The position numbers and the translations under genes are program-made. From positions 232,915-296,914 of the forward strand of contig PS015022.1 of NCBI GenBank assembly GCA_048213135.1: 64,000 bases of DNA. The letters run 5' to 3'. Shown here piece after piece: positions 38,901 through 53,900 of the stretch. Below the pieces are notes generated by a model. The model saw nothing but the letters and a program-made list of their open reading frames with translations, ran no database searches and was not told the DNA's origin. Origin of the DNA: Reclinomonas americana ATCC 50394 (taxonomy: Eukaryota). Each line of letters starts with the position of its first letter. The first letter of the stretch is position 1.

Positions 38901-41900
38901 AAAGAGGCGCTCCGTCTGCGATACATGTGCAAGCGATGAGTGTGTGTGCAATACGAATCGGCTGCATAGTCCATTATGCGCACCAGCACTTCACACTTCT
39001 GGATCGGATCACCACTCGGCATGGAGCGATTGACTTGATCGAGCACGCTGCCGAGCACACTGAAGAAGAACTGCAGCGAGTACTGGTAGAGCAGATGCAT
39101 GTCGGCCATTTGCTCCATGGCAAAGTAGATGCGACTGGCGGCCACCGACAGCGGCAGGAAAATGTCACTTGCCTACAAGGGGCAGTGAGCGACAGACAGA
39201 GAGTATCGGCAGCACACGTCGGTCGGCGTACGCAACAGCCAGCAGTTGTTGCATCATCTGGTTGGTCTCGCTCATCTTTTGCGTAATGTCCTCGGCGTCG
39301 CGCTTCAGCCGCTCCATGGTGGCAATCAGTGCGTCGTTTTCCAGCAAGTTGCCCTCGCCCTCCGACAGCGCAGTCAACAGACTCTCCTCCAACTTGCGCA
39401 GCTCCACATCGAGGAAGCCCTTCATACGCAGCATCTCGTTGCGGCGCTCCTCAATGTCCGGGCGCACGACCTGTGTGCCAGGGAGGCTTTAAGAAAAACA
39501 TGTCGTGTCCCGTAGCAACACATGATCCACCCCACCTTCAGAATCTGCGCCATGGACTGACTCTGCAGGCTCGACGGCGTCACGGTAAAGTTGACAAATG
39601 TGACGCGGCTGCACAGGTCGGGCGGGAACTGCACAGTCGGATCGCGTGTCGACAGGAACACACTGCAGATATTCGACAAGAGTCAGTCATCATCGATCAC
39701 ACGCACGCATCAACACAACACGCACGTGAAAGTCGGCGAGAAATCAATGTCGCCCTTGGGCAGCTGGATCAGCTGGCGACCATTGTTGCGCTGGTACTCC
39801 TTGTTGAGCACCGGATTGAGAATCGGATCAAAGCTCTCCACATCCTGAATGAGCAGCGGGTTGCCGAAACGCAGCGCGCGCTCGAGGTGGTGGTGGAACG
39901 ACGGGTCAAGGAAACTGGTCTTCGCAATGTTGTTGGCCTTGTACGTGTTCATGAGGAAGGCGCATCCTTGGCCAGACGGATCGATGATCAGCGGGTAGCG
40001 GTTGTAGCGGTGCAGGATAATCGCATTCTCCTCGCACAGCTCATCCGCCGGCAGCCGCTGCTCCTGCCACTGCAGGCGCTGCTCGGGGCGAGCCAAAAAG
40101 TCCACCACATTCAACTCCAGCTGGAATGCAATCTGGGCCGTCTGCAGGAACTTTTCCCACTTCTGTGTACGGCAGCAGCACACGTGAGAATGAATGCCCA
40201 CATGGATAACACGAGAGTGATGAGTAGATGACACGAACCGGAAGCAGCACTGTGTGACGATAGTGCTCGTCAAAGTAGCCAATGTAGGCAATGAATGCGG
40301 AGGCCATCAGCGAGTCTGCAGGCGCACAGTCAATTGCCAGACACTGAAGCGCCATAAAGAAAGCAGGGAAAATCCGACGCACCTCCGACCACGGTGGTCA
40401 TCTGCTGGTCGCAATTGTCACGCTGCGACGCCCACCTCGACTTCTCCACCGACAGGTTCTGCATCAGGCGTGTGGAGCGATCGACCTTGTCCTTGACCGT
40501 CGCCATTTCCGCCTGCAATCGTGGGGAGCATGTCAGAAAACGGACGACAAGCGTCGAGAAAAGAAGGCAGAGATTCACCTTGATCAACTGGCCCTGCGCA
40601 ATCAGCTGGCTGAATTCGTCCTTCAGCTTGCCAATGCGGCGCTCGAGATCGTTGACCATCTCGTCGTACACACGCTTCTGGTCTTCGAGCTCGCGACCCT
40701 GCGAAATCAGCTGCTCGACCTCCTGCTGCAGCGGGGCCACACGATCGAGAATGTCCGAGTAGTCAATGAGGGCAGTGACCCATTTGACCATTGGACCGCA
40801 AGCCTGTGCGCGCGTGCAAGCAAATCAACAAAAGAAATATCAATGCGCAGAAAGACAGATGCGCCCCACACGCACCTTGGAGCCATTGTTGACTTTCTCA
40901 AAGGTAAAGTTCGGGTTCTCCAAGTACAGCGAGCGGAGACGCGCACGAGAGCGATCGTCAATCGGTGAACGCGACGGATCCAGCTCGACCAGCGACGCAA
41001 TGAAACCCTCGGCACGGATGGCGGCACGCATCTCAGACCAGTCTGGCGGCTTTTGCATCGATGGATCTGTTCGAGAAAAATTAAATGTCAGCTTGACACC
41101 GAAAAAGCGCAGCACTCCACCGACAATCTCGTCACACGCAACTCAAGCACATGAGCACGGCGCCGAGTGCGAGCTTGACGACGTCGGGCGGATTGGCCAG
41201 CGCACGCATTTCGTTCATGTGGCTACGCGTGATACCACGCACAGCTGCCTTGGCGTCCTCCAGCGCCGGCTCAGCGCGCAGCAGATCGCGAGTGGCCTCC
41301 TCTTGACGACGCTACATCACCCCCCGCCAAACTCATACTGTCAGCAACAACGGAACGAAAAACGACGCATGCTCAGCACATTGCCACGCTCACTGACCTC
41401 CACTTCGCCACGCTGCTGCATGACTTGGCGACCGAGTTGCTCGGCACCGCGTCGCTTCTCCTCGGCCACCTGCTGATCCTGCAGAATCTGCTTCAGCTTG
41501 TCATCGGCCTCCTGATTCTTGCGCGCCAGCAGAGCCTCGCTCTCGCTCAGCGTCTTGCGCATGGCCACCACCTGCACCCAGCGGATCAGCACACAAAAAA
41601 ACACACTCCGACAAATACCACCACACACAAACACAACACACACCGTCGCCTCGGTCTCCTGCAGCTTGTCGAGACCCGAGTTGAGATGGCGGCGCTTGGC
41701 GAGCACTCCGCCGCGCTTCTCCTTGTACAGCGCGCGGAAATGCTGAATCATGTCGAGATAGTGGCGTGGCGTGATGTAGTTCATGCGACCCTGACGAAGT
41801 GACAGGCGCTTGCTGGCATCGAGGCACGACTTGTGCACGTGCACCAGGTACGACACCAACATGTTGCGCTTGGCCTCCTCATCGCTGCCGTCCAGGAACT

Positions 41901-44900
41901 CGACAAAGTTGGTGAACTCGTCGCCGACCTGCTGCAGCGCGTGGTCGCTCCACGTGCCGAACCAGTCAATCACACAGCGATTGAACAGAGCGGGCGAGGT
42001 GGCGGCGCGGTTCGAGAAATCGTCGCTCGACGGGTTCATGGTGAAGACCACGTGCAGATTTTGTTGCACCTGCACGAGTCGAGCAGTGAGTGCGCGACGC
42101 ACGACACAGATGGAGAACTTCCCACACGGGTGCATCATCATCACCTGCTGCGTAAAGTACTTGTACAGCTCGGTCTCCGAGTCCAACATGAAGGAGCGCT
42201 CTGGCGCCACCTCACGCATCTGACTCATCAGCGACGTGTACTCCTCGTCCTCAAACAGACCAGGCACCTGCGTGAAACCATCCGTTCAGCACAAGCTCAT
42301 CGCAAACACGAGAGGAGGAGAACCACAGACCTCGCCGCTGGCCAGCAGTGCATTCATGTACTCCAAGAACGACGACTCGAGCACATTGCTCTCGTCAAAG
42401 ATGAAGCACACTTTCTCGCCCTTGACACCAGCCTGGCGCATCACTTGGCGCAGATCCTTCTTGAAGTCCTCGCCACTGTATCCGCTGTGTGCCTTGATCT
42501 GGAACACATTCATGCCGTTCTTCCACGCCACAAAGCGCGACAGCACCGTCTTGCCGGCACCACTGACGCCGACAAGCAGCAAGTGGCCGAGCGGCTGCTT
42601 TAGCACGCGGTCAATGCGCAATACGTGATCGAGGACACTGTCAAAGACGACCAGCTGTGGCCAGAGCTGCTGCGTCAGCATCCAAACACATACAACAGGA
42701 ACAATCACCAAAAGGACGACAGACCTCCAGTTGCACTTGCTCCTCGGCAAACTCCTTCAGGCGAGCCTGCACGTACGCACGCAGTTGCTCCTGCTCCACT
42801 GAAGTGTACGTGCGCGACAGCCAGTCGGTGAACAAGATCGGGCGCTGCAGGCACGAAGGGTTGGCCTGCGGGAAGTGGCGGCGAGCGACCTCGTCAATCG
42901 TCATGTCGGTCCAGTCGCGCTCCTCCTCCTCCACGAGGCGATCGCGGAAGAGACGGAGACCCTCGTGCACCCACAGGCGCACGAATTGCTGCGAGAGATA
43001 ACCAAAGGTTAGAAACAATCCAGGTAAGAAGCACTGTGGTGAAACAAACGCACCTCGGGAGTGATGGACGGCGCGTGCTTCATGGCCTCATTCAGCGCAC
43101 GCGTCCAGCGGCTCAGCTCACGAGGCGAATACACGTAGTGCGGCTGAATGTCGGGCGTGAAGCGTGTCTGCGAGCGCGTGTAGAACTCCACCTGTACAGC
43201 GATGCAGGAACAGCAATCAGCATTCATCAGAACCTCCCCACCACCTCGCTCAGTGCCGGACTGCACGCAACCATGGCATTCGCAATGGCGTCGCCAAAGA
43301 AGGAGATCTCCGGAGTGCGTTGCACCAGGGCACGCGACATGGTGCCGTAGATTTGCACCAGCGACGGTGGTGCCGGGAAGTCGACGTACAGAATCGGCGC
43401 GTGGCGCAGGAAGCGGTGCGACAGCGGCACACGACCCGGATCGGTCGGCGGGTTGCAGGCACCAACAAACTGTGCGACGACAGCAGAAATGATCAGCGAC
43501 GGCTCCCTCGATGCACACGCAGGCGATTCTATCGAAAACTCACCTGAATGCGCTCGGCGCGCACAAAGGCATTGTCTTCCGCACTGCACACGCGGAAACA
43601 GAGGGTGTAAACTTCTCACACTCAGTAAATGAAGAGGCGCTTGACTCACCGCCAGAAGCCGCCGTGCTCAATGAGCTGACGCAAGAACGAGATGACGCGC
43701 TGCGTTCCGTACTTGTCCTCGCCCGGCAAGTTGATTTCGTCGCAGAAGAAGATCAGCCACACTCCCGGCTGCTTCGGGTGCACCACCATGCCGTCTCCGG
43801 TCTTCTTGAACACGCAGTGTTGATCCATGGTCTTCAGAATCAACTCGGGTGTCGTGGTCTTGGAGAAGTTGAGGAACTCGACCTGCGGCAAAAGAAAAAT
43901 GCGTCTGCTCAGCCGCCACTATCGATCAACGAGAGAGAAAAGGGAAAGATTGCACACCTGGAACTCGGTCAAGTGCCGCAACACAGCGGTCAGGGTCATG
44001 GTCTTGCCAGAGCCAGGCGGGCCGCACAGAATGACGGGCTTGTGCGCCTGGATCCAGTAGCGCAGCACGTCTTCGTGGCGCACCGTGTCCAACGTCGGCA
44101 CCACCACGTCGGTGGCTGCGATGAGGGCGAGAGTGGTTAGCGCGCAGCTCCACTTCAGCAGAAAGGAAACTGTCAGCACAAACCGGCAATCTTGTCCGGG
44201 CTGAGCGGAATGGTGGGAACACGGCTAATGTACGGCTGCCACGAGCCGTCCTCGATGCGCACGTCAAACTCGTACAGATTGGCCGGCGGCAACTGCACAC
44301 GGGCATGCGAGTCAGAAGCAAAAAAAATCAATGGACGCCGACAGCAGAATCAACCCCGAGCCAACCTCCATCTCCGCATAACCAGAAATGGCGTGTGCCA
44401 GCTCGTCACGTCCCTTGTACGGCAGGCTGCCACCTGCACGCGCGCACAAACACACCAAAGTGTGAGACAATCGAGGTGATGCACCAAAAATCATGCACAT
44501 CAACGCACCAAAGCCCCACAACAGCGAGTACAACAGCTTCTTGGTCATGTAGGCACGCAGATGCTCGCCGTAGATCGGGAATGCCGAGTTGCGCTGGTTG
44601 TGGTCGAGCACAGACACAATGCTCTCTTGCAGCAGCGACAGGAAGGCGTTGAGAGCGGAGAACGGCGTCACGTCCATAATGTGCAGGCTGACTTGCAGCG
44701 TCGACTGCAGCGCGCGCGACACCAAGGAGCCGTTCTCGAACAGCGGCGCAATAATGTCGGCAATCGCCTGCTGCGTCGCCAGCGATTCTTGCAGGCGCTG
44801 ACTCATTGTCGAGTTGCCCGCTGACTTGTCGACAAACTGTGCAGTTGAATGCTGCGCCGCCTCCATGATGGCCAAGCTGCGACACGAAAGAAAGAGACAG

Positions 44901-47900
44901 AGACGATGAGCGTCTGTCTCGTGCTGGTGAGAGAAAGAAGAGCACACACCTCGCGGCATCGGCGTCCAGTGGCACATGACGCAGACGAGTCAAAAAGTGC
45001 TGCAGCACCATGTACGGCGACACCTCATTGTCGCTGAACCACACCATGCCGCAACGACTGACCGTGGCCAGCGTGGCGTAGCGCAGATCCTTTCGGAACC
45101 GAAAAATACAAGTAAGCCACCAGACAACTGCACAAACATGCTTTGCAAGTAAGGGGAACCGACCTGCACTTCGAACACGATGCGCACATTGCCCGGCAGC
45201 GCCAGACGCTCGCCATTCGGCAACGTCAGCAACTTGTTGTCGTCGAGCACCGAGTTGAGGTTCTCCACCCACTCCGGATCCACATCGCCATCAAACACAA
45301 TCCAGTGCGCGCACTCGCCCTCGCCACGCACATTGTCGAGAATCTTGCGCAGAATGTGCGTAAACACACCATCGGTCCACTCGCGCGTGGTTGAGTCGAG
45401 CGTGCCGTACAACTCGTCCTTGGACATAGACTTGGCATCGATAACGTACGACTTGAACTGCGTGCCCGTCGTCCGCTGCAGCGCCTTCAGCAGCACCGTG
45501 CGGGCGCAAGTCTTGCCGGAGCCCGAAGGACCGACCAGCATGAGACCGTGGTGAATGCGCTGAATCTGGTTGAGCTGGCGGATCTTTTCGGCCCACGAGC
45601 CCGTGTACATCAGGTGATGCTGGCGGCACACCTACACAGAACCAAATATAAGGACAAGCACAAATACGACAAAGAAATGGGCACACGCACCTCGTGCAGC
45701 TGCGTCTCCAGCGCCTCGTCAACGGAACGCTCCAGATCCGCACCGGGGAACACGTCGGTGAGCAGCGAACGAAGCAGCGGGATATCGTCGGCCACCAACT
45801 TGGGCTCCACCGTGTTGACGACGGCGCGCATCAAAATGTCACGCTCGCCAATCGCCAGTTGCTCTGCACGACGACACGCACTCAGCAACGAGAACTCAAT
45901 CTCCGCATTGCTACGCGCGCACGACTCACCGCTGTCGGCCGTCTGCGCGGCTTCGCCGACGAGCATGCGCTTCATCACACCGGCAGAGACCAGCACGCTC
46001 TTCAGCGCACGCAGACCAAAATCGTAGTGCGTCTGAGTCGACAGCTGGTCATTGCACAGCTCAAAGAGCGGCACGATCTTGCGAGCCAGCGCCTCGGCAG
46101 TGCGGAAACCCTGCGAGAAAAGCATGACCTGCGCAATCATCTCACGGTCTGGCTTGACCATGGCAATGCTGCGGAAGAGCTGCTTGAGGTTGTCGGGCAG
46201 ATTGCGACGACCGGCGTAGCCAGGGTTCATGGTCACAAAAATACCAGTCTCCGGCGACACATTCACCGGGCGGTCCAGCAAAACGGTCTGGAACGTCTGC
46301 GATCGCAGTGCCACCTGGATGGCTTGGATCTGTGGCAAAATCGCGAGTGGTGAACGGGTGAGAGAAGCAAACCAAGAGAGATGGAGAGAAAAAGGAGGCA
46401 AACCTGCGACGAGACGGCCGACAAAATGACCTCCTCCAGACGGTTGAATTCATCAAAGCAGCCCCACGCGCCGCACATGCACAGTCCGAGGAAAATGCGA
46501 CCCATGGCCTTGAAATCAAAGTTCTCGTCGCAATTGAACACCTGCGTGCGCAAATGTGAGTGACTCCCGACATCCGTCACCGTGAGCAGCCAACACCTGC
46601 ACTGACCAGCACAAACTTGCCGAGCATCGTGCCCAACGCCTTGACGGTTTCCGTCTTTCCGGTACCGGCCGGACCGAACGGGCTGCCACCCAGACGCGCA
46701 TTCAGAGCCTGTGCAATCGGCTCCGATTAGCAAGCTCTACGTGCAAAACACACACGTAAACACGCGCGAACCTGCGTGAGCGTGAGGAAACAGCGATCCG
46801 TCAGCGGAGTCTGCACCAGGCGATCGACGACGCCAAGATACTCAAAGCCGTAGGTGAAGGCGGCGTTGGCGACGCGCACCACCAGCCGCTTGTCCACCTC
46901 GCGTTCCGACTCCTGCCAGTAGAATCGCATGTAGTACAGCCAGGCAAAGTCCTTTGGGTTGTCAATGTGGTCTTGGATGAGGCGGCGATTGAGATCGCGG
47001 TGGTGCACCAACTCCGTGATCTGTGCAGATAACGAGTGTTGGTCTCCATCGCCCCAAAGTGTGCAAGCGGATAAAACGGCATGTGGGCACGCACCAAATG
47101 CTCAAACTTGCGACGCAGCAACGGATTGGCTTCCACCAGCACCACGTCGGCAAGGATGCTCAGCAGGCGCTCGACAGTCGCCAACAGCGACTGCAGTGTC
47201 AGGTCATCTGCCACAAAGCGAATATTAGCGACTCACCACATTCCATTGACACAAAGGCACTCACCAGCCGAGTTGGGCGCTGAGCTGTGCTTCAGCGACT
47301 GCATGTGCACCAAGATGCGCTCGAGGGTCTCCGAGAAGACCACTTGCGTGGCGAGCACCACCACCTGATCGGGGTACGCGGCCACCCACTGACGGAACTC
47401 CTCGTGCACAATGCTGTTGCCGCCGGCCAGGAACAAACCGTCCAAGGCGCGAATCGCCTGCCCGGTCATGGTGGCCAGTGTCGTTCGCAGACTCTTCTCC
47501 ACCTTTGCCAGCCACTCGTTCACCTTTGGTGCCTCCTTGATGACGATGCGAGTGGACAGCTTGATGTCCTCGGCCTCCGACGAAGCGACGCCAGTGATGA
47601 CGCCGTCGGGGGTGGACTCGTCGCCGCCACTGTCGGTGGCGAACGAAGCCAGTCCGGCAAACATCTTCTTCAGATGCTTGGCGACCTTCAGCGGCTCCTT
47701 GCCGTGGCCGAGAATCTCCAGCAAGTCTTCGTCGCCGACAAAGTACAGACGCGGGAAGGCTGCGCGTTGCTTCTCCAGGAACTGCCGACCAGCAACAACA
47801 GCTACGTCAGAACAAAGGCACACACGCCAATGCGTGCCACAAAAAAACATCAACGCAACGTCGCCCAGCAGCTTTTGGATCTTGGACAGGAGGCCGGCGT

Positions 47901-50900
47901 ACGAGTCGAGATTGCGTTGCAGGTCGGGCAGATTGATGACCTCCAGCACGAATGGACGCTTGTGCACGGCCTTCATGAGGTCACGCAGCGAGTCCTGCAC
48001 GCCGCGGAACTTGGTGCTCTCGTGCGGCATCTCCAGGTTGATCTCGGGTGACGACGAGAAAATGCCCTCCAGATACACGTACCGACTGCAAATGGACGAC
48101 GAATCAGTGATAGCGTACAACAAAGCAGCTGCGGTGAAAACACGCACTCACCGCTGCACGTCAATCCACGTGTCAAACACCACACGCACACGCCCGAGCT
48201 TGTCCTCGAGGCTGGTGGCCTCGTCGGTGAACTCCTTAAAGTAGGGCGACATGCGCATGGCGGCGAGGTTGTTCAGGTCTTCGTTGACGTTGTCGAAGAT
48301 GGCCTCCCACGTGGTGGCGCGAATGAGATGCATCATGCGGCGGAACTCGATCAGCTCGAGCTCGAACTTGTCCCAGCGCGACTTGACGCCATTCAAAAAG
48401 TTCTCCAGCGCCAACTCGCCCTGCGCCACACGCAGCACCTCGCGCACAGCCTGCTCGTGATGCTGCAGATCCCAGCTGTAGACGATGCCGAGAGTCAGCT
48501 CGGCCAGCCGAATGGGGCGCTTGAGACGTGCCGACAGCAGCTCCCAGTGACGCTTGCGCATCGAGTCGCCACGCAGATCGCCGAGCAGCGGATTGATCTT
48601 GATGTAGGAGCGGACCAGCGTGCGGAAATGCAACACTGGCGCATACTCCTGCATCCACGTCGGCAGCGCGTTGACCTCCTGGATGAATTGCTCCAGACGG
48701 GCACGCAGTCTGTGTGCGGGTATTCAACGTGTGAGCAACAACACATTCAATTCAAGAGAGTTGCCTCGCGCAAATCGCGCAACTGGCTGACGAGAATCGA
48801 GTTGAACGCCGTCTTCTCCTTCATCTCGTTGAGCTGTGCGTGCAGCGCTTCCACAGCCGTCCACACCTCCTTTTGCATGCGCACGTCGTCGACAGTGGCA
48901 TTGAGGCTGGAAGCAGAATGAGTGCGCGTGGGGGAAGCGGGATCGGAGAAATGTGAGAAGAGCAGTAGGTCCGTACCGATCAATGTCGTGAATGTCGAGA
49001 TCGAGAGCCTCCTTGGCGCGGACAACGCGCTCAAAGTCCTCGCGCAGTCGCGCAATGCGAGAATCGAACTGCGAGAGAATGCGGAGGGCCTCGGCAGGCG
49101 GAATGTCGCCAGTGGCCGGGCGGCTCTCCAGCCACTCGTTCTGGAAGCCCTTGATGCGGCGGTCCAGGTCGCTCTCGTCTTCCAGCACCTAAACAACAGA
49201 GACAGCAGATGTATCGTTAGCGATGTCCATAAAGGAGCCTTTGATTCGTGACAAACCTGGTTCTGCAGCTGCTGCATCATGCTCTGCATGGTCTCCCAGC
49301 GGCGCTCGAACACGGCGGTGAATGCATCCCACTCGCCCTCCAGTTGCTCGGCGTAGCGCCAGTGCTCACCCAGCGGGTACCGCGAATCACGGAGCAGTTT
49401 CTCGCCGGCACGGAAGGTCTTGACTTGCGCACCCCACCTGCATCGACGCCGGCATTGTAAGGCATCATGAGAGCAAAGAAGCTAGAGACCAGATACGCAA
49501 CTCGGGCGAGCGCTTCTTCATCTGCTGCAGCAGCGTCAAGTTGGCCACCGTCTCCTTGATGCCAATGTCGAAGCTGGCCAGCTCCAAGTTGCTGCGCGCC
49601 TCCACCAGCTTGTGGTACAACTCGTCCATGGCGGTGTTGAGCTGGTTGCGGAAGGAGCTGAACAGCAGGCCTTGCCAGTGATCGTACTGCGCGTTGATCT
49701 TCGACTGCACTTGCGAGTAGTCGACAATCACGGCGCCAAACGAGTGCACCGTGTCGGCCGTGTCCACCACCTCACGAGCATGCGTGAAGCTTGCCAGCAG
49801 AGCCTCCCATTTCTGCGCAACATCTCGCGGTGGTGAGTGCATGACAGCAACGACCACACCACCATCGCGTGCACGACATCGTCAAACCTGCAAGTCGTGA
49901 CCCAGCTTGGTCTGCACAGTGTTGGGGTCCATGTCCCACAGCGCCTGGTAGCGCAACCAGGTGGCGACGTAGGCTGACACCTCGCTGACCTATTATTATG
50001 TGCACATGAAATGAGCAGCGAAGCGCAGATATCTCTTCACGTTGACGACCACCGCACCTTGTCCTCCAGCACCACGTAGCACTTTTGCAGCACACCTTCC
50101 GGCAGCTTGCGCGCAGCGCTGCGGTACGAGGAATCCTGCTGCGTGGTGGAGCCACCGAGGGCGCTCTCGAGACGCGAGCTTTGCACACGCTCAATGGAGG
50201 TCACAGCGGACATGAGCTCGTGAAGCTTCTTGATCCAGTGCAGGCGCACGTCCTCAATCGACGGCCGCACATACATGGCGCGCATACGCAGGCCAATAGT
50301 GATGGAGTACGGCTGCAGTTCCACATGAACACCACGCTCTGTCGGCTCCGGCTCGTCCTGAAAATTGGAGGGTGAGTACAACGCGGTTCTCCCACATGCG
50401 CTCTCGGTGTGACACGAGACGCAACATCACCACCCGACATGAAATCATCACGCTCGGTGGCCGACGCGCTGAGGCGCAAGAACTCGCGCAGCCACGACTG
50501 CAGCGCCTCACTCAGACGCTGCGTCAGCGCACCCTCGACCTCCACATCCAACTTCTCCGTCCACGCTCGCATGTTCGGCAAGCCATCGACAATCATGTCG
50601 TCCACAATCTGCACTCCACCAAGTCAGCAAACTGTGAAAAGAGGGGAACGAGAGGAATGGGTCGGACCTTCTGAATGGCCTCCACCGACGCACGCAGAGC
50701 GGGTCCATTGTACGGCGCGGTGTGCAAGTTGCGCAGGTGACCCTGAATGACTCGGCGCTTCTCGGCAATCGAGCTGACACGGTCGTTGAACTTAACGGCA
50801 CGGTCAATGAGCTTCTTGGTGTAGTCCTCCAGGGTCTTCATCGGCTCGTCCCAGCGCGTGGAAAAGCCCTTGGCCAACTCGCGCTGCACGTGCTGAATCT

Positions 50901-53900
50901 CCTCTGCGCGCGGCGCACGACTGGCAAGTCAGCTCACCACCACCGCTCCTGAGAGAAATCAAAAGATACGAACCGGCAAGCAGTGGGAAAATGTTGTCGT
51001 CCACCTGCTCAAAAGTGCGCTGAATGGTGTGCAGTGTCTCCGTCAAGGCCACCGCACGCGGCTCCACCTGTGACATGAAAAACGTATGAGTGAGGGAATT
51101 CGCGACACAAAAGCGAGCAGGAATGCAAGCGAGACGACGAACATCAATGGCGGCAATGGCAAAACCCATGATCTTGTTCGGCACCTCGCGCGACACGCGC
51201 AGCCACTTGAAGTTGCGGATTTCCGTAATGAGCGTCGACACGTCGGGGTCAAAGTTGACCTGCAGTGCGTAGCGCTCCGTGGCACCGGCACGCGCAATGG
51301 CAGCCGACACCACACCACCACTGCTACCGTCGACACGCTCGTCGTTGCGGATGATCTGTGTGTGATGCAACGCAGGACCTCAGAGAGCTGCACAGACTGC
51401 CAAAGCGGGACGGTCACGCACGTTGAAAATCTTGCCCGACACGACAAAGCCGTCGCGCTGGCTACCACCCACAATGCTCCACGAGTTCATGCGACGATCC
51501 ACATCGCGGGCCCACTCTTCAATGTGCTGTCAACGGGAACAAAGAGACTGAGTTCAACAGTTGCGGCAAGGAGCGAAATGAAAAAATGCCCGCAACATTC
51601 TTGATGCCCTGCTTGATGAGCTCGCGGAACTGCTCGCAGTGCTCACGCAAGCTGTTTTCCTCTCGCTGAGTGTGACCAATCTCCAGTGCGCGGACAATTA
51701 CACGCGCTTCACGGTCCATCTCAGTGTAGCGATCGCCACACTCGTTGGTCAGCCATCGGCTGTGCGTGCAGAGCGAGAATGAGTGACCCATTGCACTACT
51801 CATCAATGTACAAGAGGACGCACCGAGCCGAGCTAGCCGCCTCCTCCCACAGCAGCTTGGTGTCGGGATCAGCATGCACGCTCTCCAGGTAAGCCAGCGC
51901 CAGCGCCGTTCCCGAAATGTCGGGGCGCGAGTCCAGCGGCGATTTCTTCACCATTTCCTGTAGTTAGGAGGAGTGAGCATCCATCCACACCGCATGCACA
52001 AGAGAGAGAGAGAGAGAGAGAGAGAGTGCAAAGGAAAGAGGACAAACCGACAGCTTCAGGTAGGGCACGCCGAAAATGTCGGCGAGCGACTCATTGAGTG
52101 TCCAGCCCGAGTCAGCGTGGCGCACGCTCAGCAAGCGCTCCCAGCCCTTGCCAAACACATCCTCCAGGCGGCGCAGATACATGTCGAGCTGGCGCTGAAT
52201 CTGCTTCGCCCAAATGATGGCGCCGGAGACGGACGGCAAGTCACGCAGTCGGCTCATGGACGACGCCTCAGAGTGCTCGTACTGGCGACGGTACTTGTCC
52301 TTCAGCGTGCTAATGTCCTCCTTGACCTTCTGGAACAGCACCGACTGGTACTCCTCAATGGCTGAGCGAATCTTGGGACGGAAGAAGAGCACGTTGATCT
52401 TGGAGAAGATGCGGAACATTTCGTTGGCCGACTTGGCCGCCGACAGACGCTGGCGCAGCGTGAGGCGGATCTGCGACTCGATGCGGTCAATGTGTCGCGT
52501 GTACGTGACCATGGCGTCGGCAAAGCGACCCTCGCCTTTCCACACACATACAGAGGGTGAGTGGAATGCCAAAGGGGGAGGGGGATGGACACTGCTGTTG
52601 CCACTCACCGTCGGGCGACACATCGAGAATGGCGGCGGTCGAGTTGCGCTGCAGCTCGGCGAATGCATCGTCAATGTGGCGAACCAGATCCATGCCGCCG
52701 GCCGCTTGGTGCCAGCCGCTCAGCACCTTGTGGATGACCACACGGAATTCCTGCACGACCACAGTGAGAGAAGAAGAATACAGATGACTATGGTATGGGT
52801 GTGTTGAGATGACGCAACGTGGTGCTGTGCGCGGAAAGCACGCAAGTCCTTCAGGCGCTTGGCCAGGGGAGCGTGCAGTTTTTTCTGCAAGTCACACGAG
52901 TCAGAAAGATGACTTGAGAGACAAGATCCAGTGCACGCGCAGTGCCGCACCTCATTGATCTCCTCGTTCTGGAGGCGCGGATTGACGGTCTTGCGGACAT
53001 CCTCGAGGCCGCGGTCCCACGTGTCAAACAGCTCGCGGCAGTCGCTGGTCTCACGATCGAATTCCTCGTACGGCAGATACATCAGCGCCTTGGACTGGAA
53101 CACCGCAATGAGGCGCTCGGTCAAATCGCGCGACAGTGCCTCGAGCTGCGATGCACAAAAAACCGTGTGAGCCACAAACGACACGACCCGACAAGATGGC
53201 GGCGACAGATACCAACCAGAGAGGTCCAGAACATCTTGACTTCGCCACCGGTACGACCGTGCTTGGCGTTGTTCTTGAGATGGTTGGAGATGGCGGCCGA
53301 GGCACGCTTCGCGCCTGCAGCACACATGCATGATGAGGGATGAACGCAGAAGCGTGTGCGTGCGTGTGGCGCGTGAGCGCGTCGCAACTCTCCACGTCGG
53401 TGGCGGCATACAGGTCCTCGACGGGCAGCTCACGCAGCACGGCGTTGTAGCCACGCACTTTGCTGCGCGCCTGCTCCAGACCGGAATCCTTCAAGCGTGC
53501 CACCTGTGTCTGCTTGCGAGCCTTTTGCAAAATCTCCAGCACCAGCAGCATCTCGGGCCGGTTGAGCTGCGTGTCGATTTCGTTGATCGCGCGCTCCACG
53601 CTGCCCCAGAAGCGGACGTAGTGGATGGTCTTGTGGAACGACGGCGTGCTGTTCGGTGGAGCACGAGTGAGTAGGAGAGGGCATCACTGGTCACCAGCGG
53701 CGGTACGCAACCGAATGTCGGTGACGCGATGGATTTCCGTGACCCAGTCCTTGACGTTGCCCTGCAGAATGGCCAGCACCTCGACGTCCTTGAAGAACGA
53801 CTCGGGCAGCGAGTTGATGCTGATCGTCTGGCCCGTACGGGAACACTGAGAGGGACAAGAGGGGCGTGTGCGTGAGTGGCAGAGTGGAGAAGAGAAGTGT

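Noticed and set aside
42072-42144. Box C-like TGATGA at the start of a dynein intron (possible snoRNA)
   Set aside because: No matching box D (CTGA) or terminal stem was found in this short intron.
51663-52137. Dynein insertion interpreted as an intein or retained intron
   Set aside because: It has no Cys/Ser start or His-Asn end typical of inteins, it has coding-like composition, and it is itself interrupted by two ordinary spliceosomal introns.
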